Part shown: piece after piece, positions 46,201-55,500 of the stretch
How the letters are laid out: the number at the start of each line of letters is the position of its first letter
Position numbering within the stretch: the stretch's first letter is position 1
IMG/VR virus record: IMGVR_UViG_3300027708_000025
Coordinates: 86,108 to 150,107 of that record
Reading direction: 5' to 3' (one strand)
DNA length: 64,000 nt
Source: a virus
Position numbers and translations under genes: made by a program
The notes under the pieces: model-generated
Database searches by the model: none
What the model was told of the DNA's origin: nothing
What the model saw: the letters and a program-made list of their open reading frames with translations, nothing else

Positions 46201-46516
46201 CTCTACCGCCTCCAAAAGCAACAATGTTTCCTGTAGTTGCGCCTGAAGATGATGCAATCAATACAGAATTCCCCCCATTTGTAGCATTAGAAACACCAGT
46301 GCCTCCAGCACCAACTGTCACAAAGTAAGATGCACCAGGAATGATGCCTACATGCCCTGCAAGTAAACCACCAGCGCCACCTCCACCGTTTTCACCTCCA
46401 CCACCACCAGCAACAACCAAATATTCAACAACAGACGGAGGCAGACCCGTCCAAGTCTGGTTTTTAACCGCTTGACTGACCTGACTTAACGTCCACATTC
46501 CACTATATTGAGCCAT
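43217..46516 (-). CDS. Adhesin/tail-fibre-like protein: glycine-rich domain, LamG/ConA, SPRY, C-terminal beta domain
   Basis: VEYLVVAGGGGG...GGSGIVIIRYP; TWTWSGWVKR..AWYHIV..KIYVNG (LamG); SGKWYWEV..DMDSGKIWWGKNG (SPRY). Confidence 0.85.
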   Translation of the reverse strand: MAQYSGMWTLSQVSQAVKNQTWTGLPPSVVEYLVVAGGGGGENGGGGAGGLLAGHVGIIPGASYFVTVGAGGTGVSNATNGGNSVLIASSSGATTGNIVAFGGGRGSQGVNNYPSDVSGGAYSGGSGGGAYQTSAGGNGTSGQGNAGGNASNGATSTTGGGGGAGTVGLQSPANYVGANGGAGIASAISGTATTYAGGGAGGGYQSIGVGGVGGGGDAGYAGAVNSGGGGGGYRQDPGNLSGAAGGSGIVIIRYPGTTQFFTGGTLSYANGYIIHTFYANGVLAPKTPTLYTNPDYQISRSIRLNKPDLAFFNRTVGASGNRKTWTWSGWVKRTSINTSNLETPAIFGASDLSTGTGQLTFGSYNSNVDTLVWSDSSVSTDTVETSAVFKDLSAWYHIVLAHDSTQLTSTDRVKIYVNGVRQALTTGSALPTRNKDSYMNYTSFTHRIGAYSSSGQGYQLNAYLAEINFIDGQALTPSSFGWTNPNTGVWAPLKYIGTYGTNGYYLNFSDNSNTTAATLGADSSGNGNNWTPNNFSVSAGAGNDSLVDTPTSYGTDTGVGGEVRGNYSTMNPLNKGSTVTLTNGNLDQVTASGGWNSARASIAVASGKWYWEVTITGTSQLVMHGVDDNTYNVTTNPSTSYVGAYNNSWGVYASDGNKRNNTGSGTAYGSAFAQNDVMIVAMDMDSGKIWWGKNGTWFASGDPVAGTNAAYTNLSGYTLNPATSGFDTTDSCTHNFGQRPFAYTAPSGFKALCTQNLPTPTIGATAATLASEFFDASTWAANGDNVNPRPITSNVDLANGGGLIWVKGRDLAVAHFLVDSVRGYTNYIAINSTAAESAYNFGIAGTTNGFTFTTSSGSLNQSPYTYVGWQWKAGGTAVTNTSGSITSTVSANPTSGFSVVTYTGVTNGTVGHGLGVAPSMIIVKSRAGVQNWFIYHIGTGATKYTTMSTDAATTSSGAWNDTAPTSSVFTTGSFFSTNTMLAYCFAPVAGYSAFGTYTGNGSADGPFVHTGFKPAFVMIKSSSGYSSDWWITDTSRNPSNITNYGIRADTNETQVSDVGQLILSNGFKYSNDTGSPNQSGVTYIYAAFASTPFKYSLAR
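45943..45980. repeat. 38-nt exact repeat, copy 1 (copy 2 at 48847-48884)
   Basis: ctgtgccagatatagcagatgcaatgcctgcaccacca. Confidence 0.9.
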
Positions 46517-46527
46517 GATTATTCCTA

Positions 46528-46941
46528 TTAGGCTGGTGGGTAAATATAAGGCGTATTAGCAGAGGGTGTTTCAGTAACAGATGGTGTTGTTGGTATTACA
46601 TACTCAACCCAAGATGTTGTAGGTTCATTCCAAATAAATGTCTTACCTTCTTCAACAGGCATAGGTGTTGGTGCATCCCACAAACAAGTTGTTTCATTTA
46701 TCACCCAAGAAGCAAAAGGTTTAGGAGGAATAAATGCATCTCTTTGCACATCATAGGTGTATCCAATACCTGCATAATTTTTACGCAATGGACGCCCTTC
46801 AGGATGTTGTCCGCCCGAAGTGTTGTAAGATGTTTGAACCCACAATGATGGGTCACCCCAATGACCTGTGTTTAATGTTTCTTGATCGATCACAATGACT
46901 GAAGTCACTACACCGTTTTCTACTTTAGCAAAATGTGCCAT
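46528..46941 (-). CDS. Hypothetical fibre-associated protein
   Basis: MAHFAK..., WVQTSYN, LRKNYAGIGYTYD..RDAFIPPKPF.SW motifs; GGAG SD. Confidence 0.8.
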   Translation of the reverse strand: MAHFAKVENGVVTSVIVIDQETLNTGHWGDPSLWVQTSYNTSGGQHPEGRPLRKNYAGIGYTYDVQRDAFIPPKPFASWVINETTCLWDAPTPMPVEEGKTFIWNEPTTSWVEYVIPTTPSVTETPSANTPYIYPPA

Positions 46942-46954
46942 ATTTTATCTCCGT

Positions 46955-47851
46955 TTAAAAAGTAATTGTTCCACTACTTGTGAATATATATATCTGATAC
47001 CCATCAGCGTAGTTTATCTGAGGGTTTCCTGTTGTAGAAGTGGGTGCTAATTGTGATACAGGGTAACGAATGATGACAATGCCAGAACCACCAGTTCCGC
47101 CAGAGTGTGCGTCATCTCCACCACCGCCTCCACCACCGCCTCCAGTGCCTGCTGTTCCAGGAAATCCGTTGGAGTTACGACCACCGCCTCCACCACCTCC
47201 ACCAGTAGGCAAAGAAGCAAGATATGCACTATTGTACATATTGATGCCGCCACCGCCACCGCCAGCGTAAAACACCCGTGTGCCAGTGATAGACGAACAC
47301 AAACCAGTACCGCCTTGGCCGCCAAATCTATTTCCTGGACCAGATTCACCTACGGAACCTGCACCGCCACCACCTGCACCGGGATAGTTTTGACCAGATG
47401 TACTACCATTTCCACCAGCGTTTCCTTGACCTGGCGTACCAGCCAAACCCGTTTGATTAGAACCACCGCCACCTCCGCCACCACCACCACCTGATCCACC
47501 AGTAGTACCAGCTACGCTTCCATCTCTACCTGATGCGCCCGCACCGCCTCCAACAGCACCAATAGAACTAAAAATAGAATCAGTTCCATTTGAACCTTTA
47601 TTTGATCCAGATGCACCACCTGCACCACCTGCACCTACAGTAATGGTTAAAGCAGATCCTGCGGCAACAGCAAAATTAGCGGCAGTTAAAAGACCACCCG
47701 CACCACCACCTCCAGCAATACCTTGTGAAGAACCATTACCACCGCCACCACCTCCACCTGCGACAACTAGATATTCAACTGTGGTCGGTTTATCACCTGC
47801 TAGTGGATTAAAAGTTGCGGAAATAAATCCACCTAATAAAGTTTGACTCAT
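46955..47851 (-). CDS. Glycine-rich (polyglycine) adhesin-like protein
   Basis: VEYLVVAGGG...GGSGIVIIRYP...FTSSGTITF. Confidence 0.85.
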   Translation of the reverse strand: MSQTLLGGFISATFNPLAGDKPTTVEYLVVAGGGGGGGNGSSQGIAGGGGAGGLLTAANFAVAAGSALTITVGAGGAGGASGSNKGSNGTDSIFSSIGAVGGGAGASGRDGSVAGTTGGSGGGGGGGGGGSNQTGLAGTPGQGNAGGNGSTSGQNYPGAGGGGAGSVGESGPGNRFGGQGGTGLCSSITGTRVFYAGGGGGGINMYNSAYLASLPTGGGGGGGGRNSNGFPGTAGTGGGGGGGGGDDAHSGGTGGSGIVIIRYPVSQLAPTSTTGNPQINYADGYQIYIFTSSGTITF

Positions 47852-47860
47852 GCTTTGTCC

Positions 47861-50062
47861 TTAAAATGTGACTGTTCCAGATGCTTTCCAACTGTACACA
47901 CGATTTTTGTATCCCATACCAGTAGGAAATGGAGATATAGAACTCCACTCCGCTGGTCCTGCCGATCGCATTAAACATTGATTTGAAGAAGAGTCAGTCA
48001 AATACGCATTTGAATTACAAGTCAACAACAAAACCGTTCCCGATATATTGGTTAAAGGTGCTGTTGGTGCAGTAAAGTTACTTGTGTAAACAGCAGTTGT
48101 GTTATTAACCCTGACATTTGTCATAGCGCCAGCAAGATAGTTATTTCCAACGCTAAATGAACTTGATGCAAGAAACGGGTATGAGTTTAAATATGTATTT
48201 GTATCTGTGTATGTAGAACCAACTTGAGTTCCATTAATAAACATTTTAGTGCTTGATCCAGAACGAGCCACAGCAACGTGATACCAAGTATTTAAACTTA
48301 ATGTAGATCCAACAATTGGTGCGCTAGTATTGACATACCAATAGATCACACCACTCACATCGACATAAATGCACGGATAAGCGCCTTGCGTAGCAGAAGG
48401 GCGGCTGTCATAAAGAACAGGTGAAGACGAAAAAGAAGTGGTGTAGAACCAAAGTTCAATAGTGAAATTGCTTGTACCAAAAGCAAAACTAGAATTATTT
48501 GAATTGGGGTACACAATCATGTTACCGCCAAGCCCGCCTGCCCCAACTAAACTACCCGATCCGCTTGTAGAACTAAAAGCAAGTTCACCCTGTTGATAAC
48601 CATAAGTTAATGCTGTGGGTATATTGTAAATATCTGGATATGAAATGATGACGATGCCTGAACCGCCATTGTACGCAGTAATACCTTGCCCGCTTGCACC
48701 ACCACCTCCGCCACCAGTATTTGTAGTGCCCGCCGTTCCAACAACAGTTGCAGAACCACCTGTTCCGCCACCACCTACACCACCCGTCCCTCCAATTCCA
48801 CCAGAATTAGGCGTACCGCCACCACCACCACCCGCATAAGTAGTTACTGTGCCAGATATAGCAGATGCAATGCCTGCACCACCAAAACCAGCAACATTAC
48901 TTGATCCTATTGGTGATTCACCTTGTGTTCCTGCTCCTCCACCACCACCCGCAAGATAGTTACTTCCTGTTCCGGGTCTTCCATTTCCACCATTGTTACC
49001 TTGCCCAAAGATTCTTTGACCGCCTACTGAAGTTGCAGAAAAATCTGTTGCACAGCCTCCACCGCCCGAGCCGCCTGCAACACCTTGTATATCACTTGTA
49101 TATCTATAGGGTGCGCCACCACCACCACCACTTGAAGTAATACTACTAAAAACTGAATTTTGACCACTTCCACCAACAAGACCCGCTTGACTAGATGTTC
49201 CTGCTGACCCTGTTCCACCGCCACCAACTGTAACTGTTAAAGGTGTACCAATTGTTATAGGTAAAATTCCTTGAAGTAATCCACCAGCACCGCCTCCACC
49301 ACCATGTTGAGTTGCGCCACCACCACCACCAGCAACAACTAAATATTGGACTGAGGAAGGTTTTACAGTTGACGTAAATGGATTTACAGTATCTGAGCGT
49401 GAGCCACCGTTTATTGCTATAGCATTGGATGAATTATCAATAATGACTTGATTCTGACAAGTTAATAATTGTGTTCCGGATATTGCTGTTAATGGTGATG
49501 TTGGCGGAGTAAACGTGGTTGTATAAAGAGCAGTTCCAACAACCAATCTAAAATTGGACATATTTCCTGAAACATTGGAATTGCCGCCAAAGCCATAGCA
49601 ACCAATAAAACAAGCACCTGCCATTGTTACGGTTCCACTAACAGTTCCACTAGCAACGTTAACACCGTTGTAAAATAACTTAACAGATGTGCCGCTTCTA
49701 GTAACAGCCCAATGTCTCCAAGCACCTAAACTAAGAATACTAGATGATGAAGTAAAAGTTTGACCGTTAATATCTGTTCTAATTGCTCCATCCACTTGAG
49801 AAACTACAGCAAAATTACTTGCACCAAAATTAAAATATCTTGGTTGACCTGAAAAGTTTTGAGTAACTGAATTTTCATTAACAAAACCTTCAATTGTAAA
49901 ATCGCCTGTTGCGTTAAAACTTGATGGTCCAGTTAATCCTAATCCAGAATCTATAGATGCCTTTAAATTAACAGAATATCCATTAGACAAAACAGAAGAA
50001 GGCCATGCGGTTTGACGAATAGCTTGGTTAACTTGTTTGAGTGTAAAAATACCTTGTGCCAT
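47861..50062 (-). CDS. Adhesin-like protein: LamG, glycine-rich domain, LamG
   Basis: DFTIEGF..WRHWAVTRSG; VQYLVVAGGG..GGSGIVIISYP; NFTIELW..WYHVAVARSG. Confidence 0.85.
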   Translation of the reverse strand: MAQGIFTLKQVNQAIRQTAWPSSVLSNGYSVNLKASIDSGLGLTGPSSFNATGDFTIEGFVNENSVTQNFSGQPRYFNFGASNFAVVSQVDGAIRTDINGQTFTSSSSILSLGAWRHWAVTRSGTSVKLFYNGVNVASGTVSGTVTMAGACFIGCYGFGGNSNVSGNMSNFRLVVGTALYTTTFTPPTSPLTAISGTQLLTCQNQVIIDNSSNAIAINGGSRSDTVNPFTSTVKPSSVQYLVVAGGGGGATQHGGGGGAGGLLQGILPITIGTPLTVTVGGGGTGSAGTSSQAGLVGGSGQNSVFSSITSSGGGGGAPYRYTSDIQGVAGGSGGGGCATDFSATSVGGQRIFGQGNNGGNGRPGTGSNYLAGGGGGAGTQGESPIGSSNVAGFGGAGIASAISGTVTTYAGGGGGGTPNSGGIGGTGGVGGGGTGGSATVVGTAGTTNTGGGGGGASGQGITAYNGGSGIVIISYPDIYNIPTALTYGYQQGELAFSSTSGSGSLVGAGGLGGNMIVYPNSNNSSFAFGTSNFTIELWFYTTSFSSSPVLYDSRPSATQGAYPCIYVDVSGVIYWYVNTSAPIVGSTLSLNTWYHVAVARSGSSTKMFINGTQVGSTYTDTNTYLNSYPFLASSSFSVGNNYLAGAMTNVRVNNTTAVYTSNFTAPTAPLTNISGTVLLLTCNSNAYLTDSSSNQCLMRSAGPAEWSSISPFPTGMGYKNRVYSWKASGTVTF
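48847..48884. repeat. 38-nt exact repeat, copy 2
   Basis: Identical to 45943-45980. Confidence 0.9.
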
Positions 50063-50068
50063 ATATCC

Positions 50069-50974
50069 TCAGAATGTAATTGTGCCAGATGCAACGAATT
50101 TATACACCCGATACTGACCGGTAATGTATGTTTCTGGTGATCCAGTTGTTGATGTGGCTTGGGCTAAGTATGAAGGATAACGGATGATGACTATGCCAGA
50201 ACCACCATTAGTTCCAGCGGCGTATAACCATGTGCTATTAGCATACACACTACCCACGCCGCCACCGCCACCGCCTGTATTATTTAAACCTGATGTTGCT
50301 CGAACAGAATATCCACCACCATTACCACCACCTGCAACACCAAATCCAAAAGAATAATCACCATTATAACAACCTCCGCCGCCACCGCCTGCATATTGAA
50401 TTGATGTACCAGAAATGGATGATGTAATACCTGCTCCTCCACTAGACCCAGAGCAGTTTTGGGGAGAACCAGCTATTGCTGCCACACCGATTGCTCCTGC
50501 GCCACCACCGCCACCGCCACTATTCTGTGGTACACCGCCGGCGTTGCCTTGCCCGTATATTCCACCATTAGCACTTTGACCGCCAAAACCACCACCGCCA
50601 CTACCAGAACCTGCTGTAGAAGCGCCAGTTGGAGTGCCAGATGTACTATGTCCCGCTGATCCACCACCGCCATTAGCGGTGACTGTGCCAAATACAGAAT
50701 TATCACCATTCACACCTTGAGCACCACTTGCACCACCAGCACCACCAGCACCAACAGTTACAGTAATAGATGAACCCACAGTTATTGGATAATTTATGCC
50801 GCTGATTAAACCACCAGCACCTCCACCACCAGAACCACCAGAACCAGCATTTGGATTAGCTGTTGCTCCAGTACCACCACCACCTGCAACGACAAGGTAC
50901 TCCACCGCTGTGACAGGATAGTTGATGCCGTTCAAACCGGCTGAAACAATATTGCCAGTATATCGCAATGACAT
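50069..50974 (-). CDS. Glycine-rich (polyglycine) adhesin-like protein
   Basis: VEYLVVAGGG...GGSGIVIIRYP...FVASGTITF. Confidence 0.85.
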   Translation of the reverse strand: MSLRYTGNIVSAGLNGINYPVTAVEYLVVAGGGGTGATANPNAGSGGSGGGGAGGLISGINYPITVGSSITVTVGAGGAGGASGAQGVNGDNSVFGTVTANGGGGSAGHSTSGTPTGASTAGSGSGGGGFGGQSANGGIYGQGNAGGVPQNSGGGGGGAGAIGVAAIAGSPQNCSGSSGGAGITSSISGTSIQYAGGGGGGCYNGDYSFGFGVAGGGNGGGYSVRATSGLNNTGGGGGGVGSVYANSTWLYAAGTNGGSGIVIIRYPSYLAQATSTTGSPETYITGQYRVYKFVASGTITF

Positions 50975-50987
50975 GTTAAATTACTTT

Positions 50988-51383
50988 TTAAGAGATTAAT
51001 TCGTATGACAACGAGTATGTGATTCCATTTGCAGTACCCGAAGAAACTACAATTGATGTTCCTTCTTCTAAATAAATTGCTGTTGTCTTATCAACAAGAA
51101 TCAAAGAAGCATTAACAGGAACAGAAATAGCATTTGCTACACAATGAGAAACACCACTTGTTGGAGCACTATTCTGCGCTTGTGCGCCATTAGTGTATAT
51201 CCACAATGATGCATTTACTGCACTTGATGAACTTATGTTTGAAGCGACAATCTGATTGATTTTACAAGTGTTTGCAGACCCGGCCGCATTCGCTAGTAAA
51301 ACAACAGGAGTTGCTACTTGAGGTGTTAAATATGTAGTTTTGCCATAAATGGCTGTTACTGCTGTGATATTTGTGTTTGCCAT
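50988..51383 (-). CDS. Hypothetical fibre-associated structural protein
   Basis: 131-aa beta-rich ORF with AAGGA SD inside the tail operon. Confidence 0.75.
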   Translation of the reverse strand: MANTNITAVTAIYGKTTYLTPQVATPVVLLANAAGSANTCKINQIVASNISSSSAVNASLWIYTNGAQAQNSAPTSGVSHCVANAISVPVNASLILVDKTTAIYLEEGTSIVVSSGTANGITYSLSYELIS

Positions 51384-51395
51384 AATAGTTTTTCC

Positions 51396-52298
51396 TTAAA
51401 ATCCCATGACTATTGCGAATGCGATAGCTTTACCTGCTGTTACACCAGTACTTGCCGCTGGTGCAGACGATATCCAATTAGTGCCGTTGGACGTTAAAAT
51501 GTTGCCATTAGAACTGGGTGCTACAAAAGTTGGATTAGATGTGCCGTTACCAATAATAACGCTGTTTGCTGTTAAGGTTGATAAACCTGTACCACCATAT
51601 GTAGGAGTAATTACTGTACCTTGCCAAACACCAGAACCAATTGTTCCAACAGTTGTGAGTGACGAGGTTACTACAGTACTACCTAGAACTGTGCTAGACA
51701 ATACATTTGCACCATTAATCTGATATGCTTGCCCTGTTCCTATGGTAATATTATTAGCCGCTGAAAGAGCGCCAATACCCACATTTGCATAAGAGAATCC
51801 ATTGCCTGATATATTAATTGTTGAGTCAGGTTCTACATTATAATCTTTAAAGAATTTCCAAATACCATCTGAAGCATCTCTGAAAAGTCCCGAATGAACA
51901 TTTCCAGAACCAGAATTATACTGCCCAAACAAACCAATGTCAACAGTATTTGATGTATTGTTATTTGCTAATTGAAGTAATGAATCATTAATATTAATTT
52001 GTGTGGTGCTAATTTCAGAATTTGAACCTAAGAAGGTTACATTTCCTGTGAAAGTTGCATTTCCAGCAACAGACAAATCAGTTCCAACATATAATTTCTT
52101 AGCAACACCAACACCACCAGCAACAATCAAAGTTCCTGTAGTGGTTGAAGATGCGTCTGTAGTACCACCCAAACTTAATGTATTTGCGGAAATTGCATTC
52201 GCACTAGGAACTAAAGTGTTTACTGTATTAGCCGCATCATTGAACGTGCTTCTAAATTCGTTAAACGTGTTTGATAACGCTACTTGTGATATTGCCAT
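51396..52298 (-). CDS. Tail fibre/baseplate-attached fibre protein
   Basis: N-terminal NTFNEFR..FN anchor-like motif, STTTGTLIVAGGVGVAK, YGGTG and G.ILTSNG fibre motifs. Confidence 0.75.
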   Translation of the reverse strand: MAISQVALSNTFNEFRSTFNDAANTVNTLVPSANAISANTLSLGGTTDASSTTTGTLIVAGGVGVAKKLYVGTDLSVAGNATFTGNVTFLGSNSEISTTQININDSLLQLANNNTSNTVDIGLFGQYNSGSGNVHSGLFRDASDGIWKFFKDYNVEPDSTINISGNGFSYANVGIGALSAANNITIGTGQAYQINGANVLSSTVLGSTVVTSSLTTVGTIGSGVWQGTVITPTYGGTGLSTLTANSVIIGNGTSNPTFVAPSSNGNILTSNGTNWISSAPAASTGVTAGKAIAFAIVMGF

Positions 52299-52549
52299 TA
52301 TTCTTTTCTCTCTTTAGTAATTTTTAACAATAATTGTTTGATTTCGCTGAGGTCTGATTTAATACTGTCCACTTCGTCACGAATCAAAGCAATATCATTT
52401 CTACTCTTATTTATATCAGAAATTTTTCTTTTCTGAATTTTGTATTTCAATAATGAATCCATGTCTGTATTTAGTATAGCTTTAGAGTTCCTATCTCTTT
52501 CGGTAAACCCACGAACAGGTTCTGCAATTTTAATCTTTTCAACTATCAT
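52298..52549 (-). CDS. Small coiled-coil hypothetical protein
   Basis: RD..SKAILNTD followed by a coiled coil ending LSEIKQLL. Confidence 0.75.
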   Translation of the reverse strand: MIVEKIKIAEPVRGFTERDRNSKAILNTDMDSLLKYKIQKRKISDINKSRNDIALIRDEVDSIKSDLSEIKQLLLKITKERKE

Positions 52550-55500
52550 GCTAATGCTATCCCTCTCAAATCTTTAACTTTTGCCGCATAGCTTGGATTA
52601 CCAGATAAGAAAACAATCTTAATAGCAAAATACTTGTATCCTTGGAATGTTCTTCCATCGGGTGTTGTATATGCGACTGTGTTATTTAGAACACGGAAAA
52701 CGTTTTCTCCAGAAGAAATTGTAGAATATACAGATTCAACTGTCAATGATGTGTTATTTGCAATCGTAGAAACTACACGCTCTGTTCTAGCCAAGCCAAC
52801 AGCAATTGTGTCACCAATCTTCAAGTCTTCAATGAAGCGAGTAGATGTGCCAGTAACTGTAGTTGACGTATTAGAGGTTGCAACTGTACCAGAAAGCAAT
52901 TCAGAACCACCAGTTTTTGTTGCAGACGGAACAATGAATTTCTCTTCTTTGTATTCATTTTGATTGAGTGTGAACGTTTCTGTTCCAACCAATTCCATAG
53001 GAGTATAGAATTTATCATCAAACGCATCTGTATCGTTTTCATTCAATAATTTAGCATAGACTTTAATTGAAGTTCCTGGTGGGCGATTGATTCTCAAGTA
53101 CGTAACCAAATCGGTTGCTTCAAATCCGTCATTCAACGTCACAACTTTAGTAATGTATCTAGACTCTGAAGAATATGGTCCTGTTGGATTTTCTTCATTG
53201 CGAATAGTCATTGCTTGACTAACAGCATTAGCTGTAGTAAAGTTATTTGTAACAGTCAAGTATGTATTATTTGATACTGAAGCAATTCTACGATACTCAT
53301 CACCGAAATATGCATATTCACCAGGAAATACTTCAGTTGTAAAACTTGTGCCAGAACCAACAACAATATTGTTGCTTGATCCATATCTGACTGTACCAGT
53401 TATTGCTGTTTCATAAGAATTGTTGATAACATTCTTATCAAAGTGAAAGATGATATTCTCATCATCAATATATGGGCTGATAAACTTATTCGTTGTAGAC
53501 AATGTTGCTCTTACTTGCAGAGACTTGAATGCATTTGCTGTCTCTGCCGTAGTTGTTGAGATTTGTTTTCTGGAACGTAATATCAATCTTTCATAATTCT
53601 TGAGTGTCGTATAATCAGAATCAACTGCATATGTGCTGTCTGCTGTCTTAATGTCGTAACTGATACTTGTTCCAGGAAGAATCTGATCGCTAATAGCAGG
53701 AGTCAATGCATCGTATGTGAATGCAGTTGGTACTGAAATATTGGTCCAATATGCAAGTTTAGCAGAAGTGCTGAATTCTGCAACTCTCATTGTAAATTTC
53801 ATATCAATATTTTGTTTTGCAGTCCACGTCCTATCGGTAGAAGATGTGAATAACAATCCGCTATTGTATGCTTGTTCAATTCTTGTTTGCTTGTCTGGAT
53901 TAGTGATATCAATTGCGCCCAATTCAGCAACCCAAATTGCATAGTCTGGATCGTTGTTCTCAGGTTTAACAGCAAAACAATAATCATTACCAGCATTTAA
54001 GTAAATAGGATTCTTGAATGTGAATTTTGTTGCTGACGTTGCATCATCACTAATGGCAATATTTCTATTGTTAACAAGCGCAATGTCTCCATCACTAACA
54101 AATTGTGGTGATGGATATCCATTTTCAAGTTCACGAATTTCCATAGTAACGTTTCTATTATTGTCTTGAGATTTTGATTTGAAGAACAAATCAATAGAAG
54201 TCAAATAGAATCCTTTTGGATACGTATCTGGATCAACATAAAAACTCTGAGACAATGGGTCGGTACTTCTAACTGGTGGTGGCGGAATTGGCACACTTGC
54301 AGTTTCAACACGCTGTTGAGAAACAACTTTTCTACCTAAGTTTGTGATGTTATTTGTATTGTTAAATGATACGTTAAACGGGCGAGAGTTAATTGTAACT
54401 GTGCCAGTTCTCTGTATAATACCTTGTGCATAGATGTTGTTTCTTGCGCTAGTTAATGTTGTGCTTTCAGAATTTGTTGGGCTGTCGGTGATTTTAAATT
54501 CACGTTGACCAGTGTAGAATTTCGTTGAAGGAACTTGAAACAACAAATAAATTTGATTATTCTTAACAATTAATGGTTGTGATGTGTTTGCACCATCAGC
54601 AATTGTACGCCAAGAAACGTTTTCATCTCCCAATTCAATAAGACCAGTTGCAGTATTAACAGCAAATTTAGAATTTAATGTTTGTAGCGTAGTAGATGCA
54701 CCAATCAATTCAATTTGATAGCAGTTTGCAGTAACGTTAATACCATCAAAGAATGCATAAACTCTAGCCGAGTTTTTCAAGCCTCTAGCTTGAATAACGA
54801 ATTCACGTTGACGCATCCAAAGTGCGGCTTCAACTTGAACAACCCTATCAAACTTAACATCTTGTGTAGATGCAGTTGATTGATTACCAGATGCTAATTG
54901 ATTGTATGCAACTTGAGTTGTTTGTTGTAATGCTGTGGTAACCATGTTGGTTCCCACTTGAGTTGTTTGATTTGTACCAGCAACAATTCCAGTTTGTTGA
55001 GTGCCACCAAGCCATTTTTGATTTAATGGAGCAACTTCTGTATTCCATGCGTTTTGTAAAGCCTTCCAGTTGTCTGCGCCGTTGTCATCATTATACACAA
55101 CTGCTTTATCTATATCATTTTGAGTTTCAAAGAAGTTGTCCGTAAATGGCATGACAGATAATTCACCAGTCCAAACAAAATTTAATTCTTCTGCAAGTCT
55201 TAGTTGCTTAGACGCATATGCTTGTTTTAGTCCTGGCGCTTCAACTTCACTATATGGTAACATAACTTTGTTACCAGAATTTATTGTTGTTGTTGATGTA
55301 GTAGTAGAATAGCGAAGTCCAGCCGTATTTGAATTATTTTGCAAACACGTTAAGAATTTATTTTTCTTGTCAATAGAACAATTTTTACCATCATCAGATG
55401 TAGATGCTATAGCCCAACCTGTAAATGGATCAACAAGAATACCATTCTTGAATCTGTCTAAACCATCAGCATCCAATTCTGTCGTATCTGTTGCTTGTTT

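Noticed and set aside
43217-50974. Diversity-generating retroelement or invertase shufflon behind the adhesin array
   Set aside because: No reverse transcriptase or recombinase in the window, no adenine-specific TR/VR pair and no inverted cassettes.
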